Part shown: positions 61,990-64,000 of the stretch, piece by piece
Layout of the letters: every line of letters starts with the position of its first letter
Numbering within the stretch: the first letter of the stretch is position 1
Source: Gammaproteobacteria bacterium
GTDB lineage: Bacteria > Pseudomonadota > Gammaproteobacteria > Eutrophobiales > Eutrophobiaceae
Assembly: GCA_965243205.1 (NCBI GenBank)
Contig: CBDEUK010000002.1
Span: 1,696,001-1,760,000 of the forward strand
DNA: 64,000 nucleotides
Direction: 5' to 3'
Position numbers and translations under genes: made by a program
The notes under the pieces: model-generated
Databases searched by the model: none
Seen by the model: the letters and a program-made list of their open reading frames with translations, nothing else
Told to the model about the DNA's origin: nothing

Positions 61990-62964
61990 TTATTGAGATG
62001 TAATTCCAAGACGCTCGAATAATATTCTGTCTTGTTTAAGTAAAGGGTTTTCGGTTGTTAGTAACTTTTCACCATAAAAAATTGAATTAGCGCCAGCAAA
62101 AAAACACATTGCTTGTAACTCATCCGTCATTTCTGTTCTGCCGGCAGAAAGCCTTACATAAGATGCTGGCATTAAAATTCTTGCTGTTGCTATTGTTCTT
62201 ACGAATTCGATTGGATCCAAATCTGCTTGATGATCTAAAGGAGTTCCTTCAACTTTAACCAACATATTAATCGGAACACTTTCTGGGTGTTTAGGCATCG
62301 TAGCTAATGTCAGCAATAAACCAAACCGATCCTTTTTTTCTTCTCCCATACCAATGATTCCACCACTACAGACATTTATCCCTGAATCTCTTACTCTTTC
62401 TAAGGTATTTAAACGATCGTCGTAATCTCTAGTGGAAATAATCTTTTCATAATATTCACGAGAACTATCCAAATTATGATTGTAATAATCCAAACCAACT
62501 TTAGATAAACGTTGCGTTTGATCTTCCGTTAGCATTCCCATCGTTAAGCAAGACTCCATTCCTAATGATTTAACCGCTGTGACCATCTCTAACACTTTAA
62601 CGAAATCTTTTTCTTTTGGGCTTCTCCAGGCGGCGCCCATGCAAAACCGTGTGGCGCCTTCTGCTTTGGCCTTTTGCGCCTGATCAAGCACCTGTTCCAG
62701 TTCAATTAACGCATCTGCTTTTACATCAGTTTTATAATGCGCGCTCTGAGGACAATATGAACAATCTTCAGGACAACCACCGGTTTTTATATTCATTAAG
62801 GTGCTAAGCTGTACTTCGTTGTGATTAAAAAATTGTCGATGTATTTGTTGGGCCTTAAATAACAAGTCATTCAATGGCTGTTCATAAATTTCTCGTATTT
62901 CTTCAATAGACCAATTTGAACGAATCGAATGGTTCACATCATTGTCTGTGATTTTTTCTAGCAT
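61990..62964 (-). CDS. bioB: Biotin synthase
   Basis: [17 protein letters not shown]. Confidence 0.97.
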   Translation of the reverse strand: MLEKITDNDVNHSIRSNWSIEEIREIYEQPLNDLLFKAQQIHRQFFNHNEVQLSTLMNIKTGGCPEDCSYCPQSAHYKTDVKADALIELEQVLDQAQKAKAEGATRFCMGAAWRSPKEKDFVKVLEMVTAVKSLGMESCLTMGMLTEDQTQRLSKVGLDYYNHNLDSSREYYEKIISTRDYDDRLNTLERVRDSGINVCSGGIIGMGEEKKDRFGLLLTLATMPKHPESVPINMLVKVEGTPLDHQADLDPIEFVRTIATARILMPASYVRLSAGRTEMTDELQAMCFFAGANSIFYGEKLLTTENPLLKQDRILFERLGITSQ

Positions 62965-63015
62965 ATGAGTTAATGTTTAAAGTTATTTCGTAAAACTAAA
63001 TGGAGTTGTATCGTC

Positions 63016-63747
63016 ATGGAGAGATACCCTATTGTCAACTTAGTTGCCAAGTCAAAAGTTTACAAGAAACTAAATTATAAGCACTATCGATGTTTGTTAT
63101 GTCATAGAAGCACTTCTAATAAATTTGCCTTATGTCATAAATGTTCTAACAATTTACCTTTTAATACTAATTCGTGCTCTATTTGTAGCAAACCTCTTAT
63201 AAAATCTTCTATTTGTGGTGATTGTTCGCTTTTGAAAAACCCGTATATTGATCGTGTTATATCTGTGTTTTTATACAAATATCCTATTAATCATTTATTA
63301 GTGGGCCTCAAATTTAATCAACATTTAATTGCTGGAAGCATATTGGGTCAATTGATGGTATCGAAACTATCAGAGCTAATAGAAAGCAGAAAGAGAATTG
63401 ACTGTGTCGTACCTGTGCCTCTCTTTTATCAACGCCTGCTTTCACGTGGTTATAATCAATCTATTTGTTTAGCTAAGCCAATTTGTGATGAGCTCGATCT
63501 TCCTTTGAACCTAAAGCTTTGTAGCAGGAACACAAACACCAAAAACCAAACTTCGTTGAATGCACAGCAGAGAAGGCTAAACGTTTTAAACGCTTTTGAA
63601 GTGAATTCCAATGTCGAGGGAAAAAATATTGTGCTAGTGGATGATGTAATAACCACTGGCAGCACACTGCGAGAATTAGCAAAAAAATTTAAATCTGCAG
63701 GTGCCGCTAATGTTGAAGCATGGTGTTGTGCTATTCGGATTGATTAA
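63016..63747 (+). CDS. comF: ComF/GntX family amidophosphoribosyltransferase-like protein
   Basis: Double zinc ribbon, [16 protein letters not shown]; start uncertain. Confidence 0.9.
   Translation: MERYPIVNLVAKSKVYKKLNYKHYRCLLCHRSTSNKFALCHKCSNNLPFNTNSCSICSKPLIKSSICGDCSLLKNPYIDRVISVFLYKYPINHLLVGLKFNQHLIAGSILGQLMVSKLSELIESRKRIDCVVPVPLFYQRLLSRGYNQSICLAKPICDELDLPLNLKLCSRNTNTKNQTSLNAQQRRLNVLNAFEVNSNVEGKNIVLVDDVITTGSTLRELAKKFKSAGAANVEAWCCAIRID
63032..63065. promoter_or_regulatory. BirA operator
   Basis: TTGTCAACT-N16-AGTTTACAA upstream of bioB; fits TTGTaAACC-N14/16-GGTTtACAA. Confidence 0.75.
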
Positions 63748-64000
63748 GTATCAAGATTCACTACAGATAGTGCGTTTTTCTCAATAAAATCACGTCTAGG
63801 CTCTACTTGATCACCCATCAATGTTGTAAAAATCTCATCTGCTGCCACTGCATCTTCGATACAAACTTGCGATAAATGACGACTCTTAGAATCCATTGTT
63901 GTTTCCCATAATTGTTCTGGATTCATTTCCCCTAGGCCTTTATAGCGTTGAATATGGGTGCCTTTTGTAGCCTGTTCCAATAGCCAGCCAAACGCTTCAT
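63744..64000 (-). CDS. gyrB: DNA gyrase subunit B, C-terminal part (begins beyond the window)
   Basis: [20 protein letters not shown]...[14 protein letters not shown]. Confidence 0.93.
   Translation of the reverse strand, partial: EAFGWLLEQATKGTHIQRYKGLGEMNPEQLWETTMDSKSRHLSQVCIEDAVAADEIFTTLMGDQVEPRRDFIEKNALSVVNLDT

Overview
AT-rich gammaproteobacterial chromosome segment. The left 24 kb is one accessory surface-biogenesis locus, almost all on the minus strand. In transcription order it carries T2SS pseudopilins gspGHIJK and a divergent ribbon-helix-helix regulator. Next come a c-di-GMP-I (GEMM) riboswitch leading a VPLPA/PEP-CTERM protein and a Cys-rich PstS-fold exported protein. After an intrinsic terminator follow TpsB, a 3933-aa TpsA, a DUF2341/LamG-ExbB fusion, ExbD, a TonB-like protein and a putative porin cut by the window edge. 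The layout parallels the P. aeruginosa hxc/lap/pdtAB/exbB2D2/tonB4 locus and has Pho-box-like 11-bp repeats, but its cargo and regulators differ. The 24-27.7 kb stretch holds a CPBP protease, a PilZ protein, a sigma28-driven HExxH protein and tRNA-Lys. The rest is mostly core genome: fmdB-like, DUF502, aspS, nadA, yebC-ruvCAB-ybgC-tolQRAB-pal-cpoB-queEC, patatin, an MltF-like enzyme, amgK-murU, kdsDC, an aa3 cytochrome oxidase cluster, bioBFHCD, comF and the gyrB 3' end. An orphan Rap1a-like gene, a structured GGA-loop element and a sigma28-driven Sel1 protein sit after nadA. All calls come from motif recognition by eye; no searches were run.
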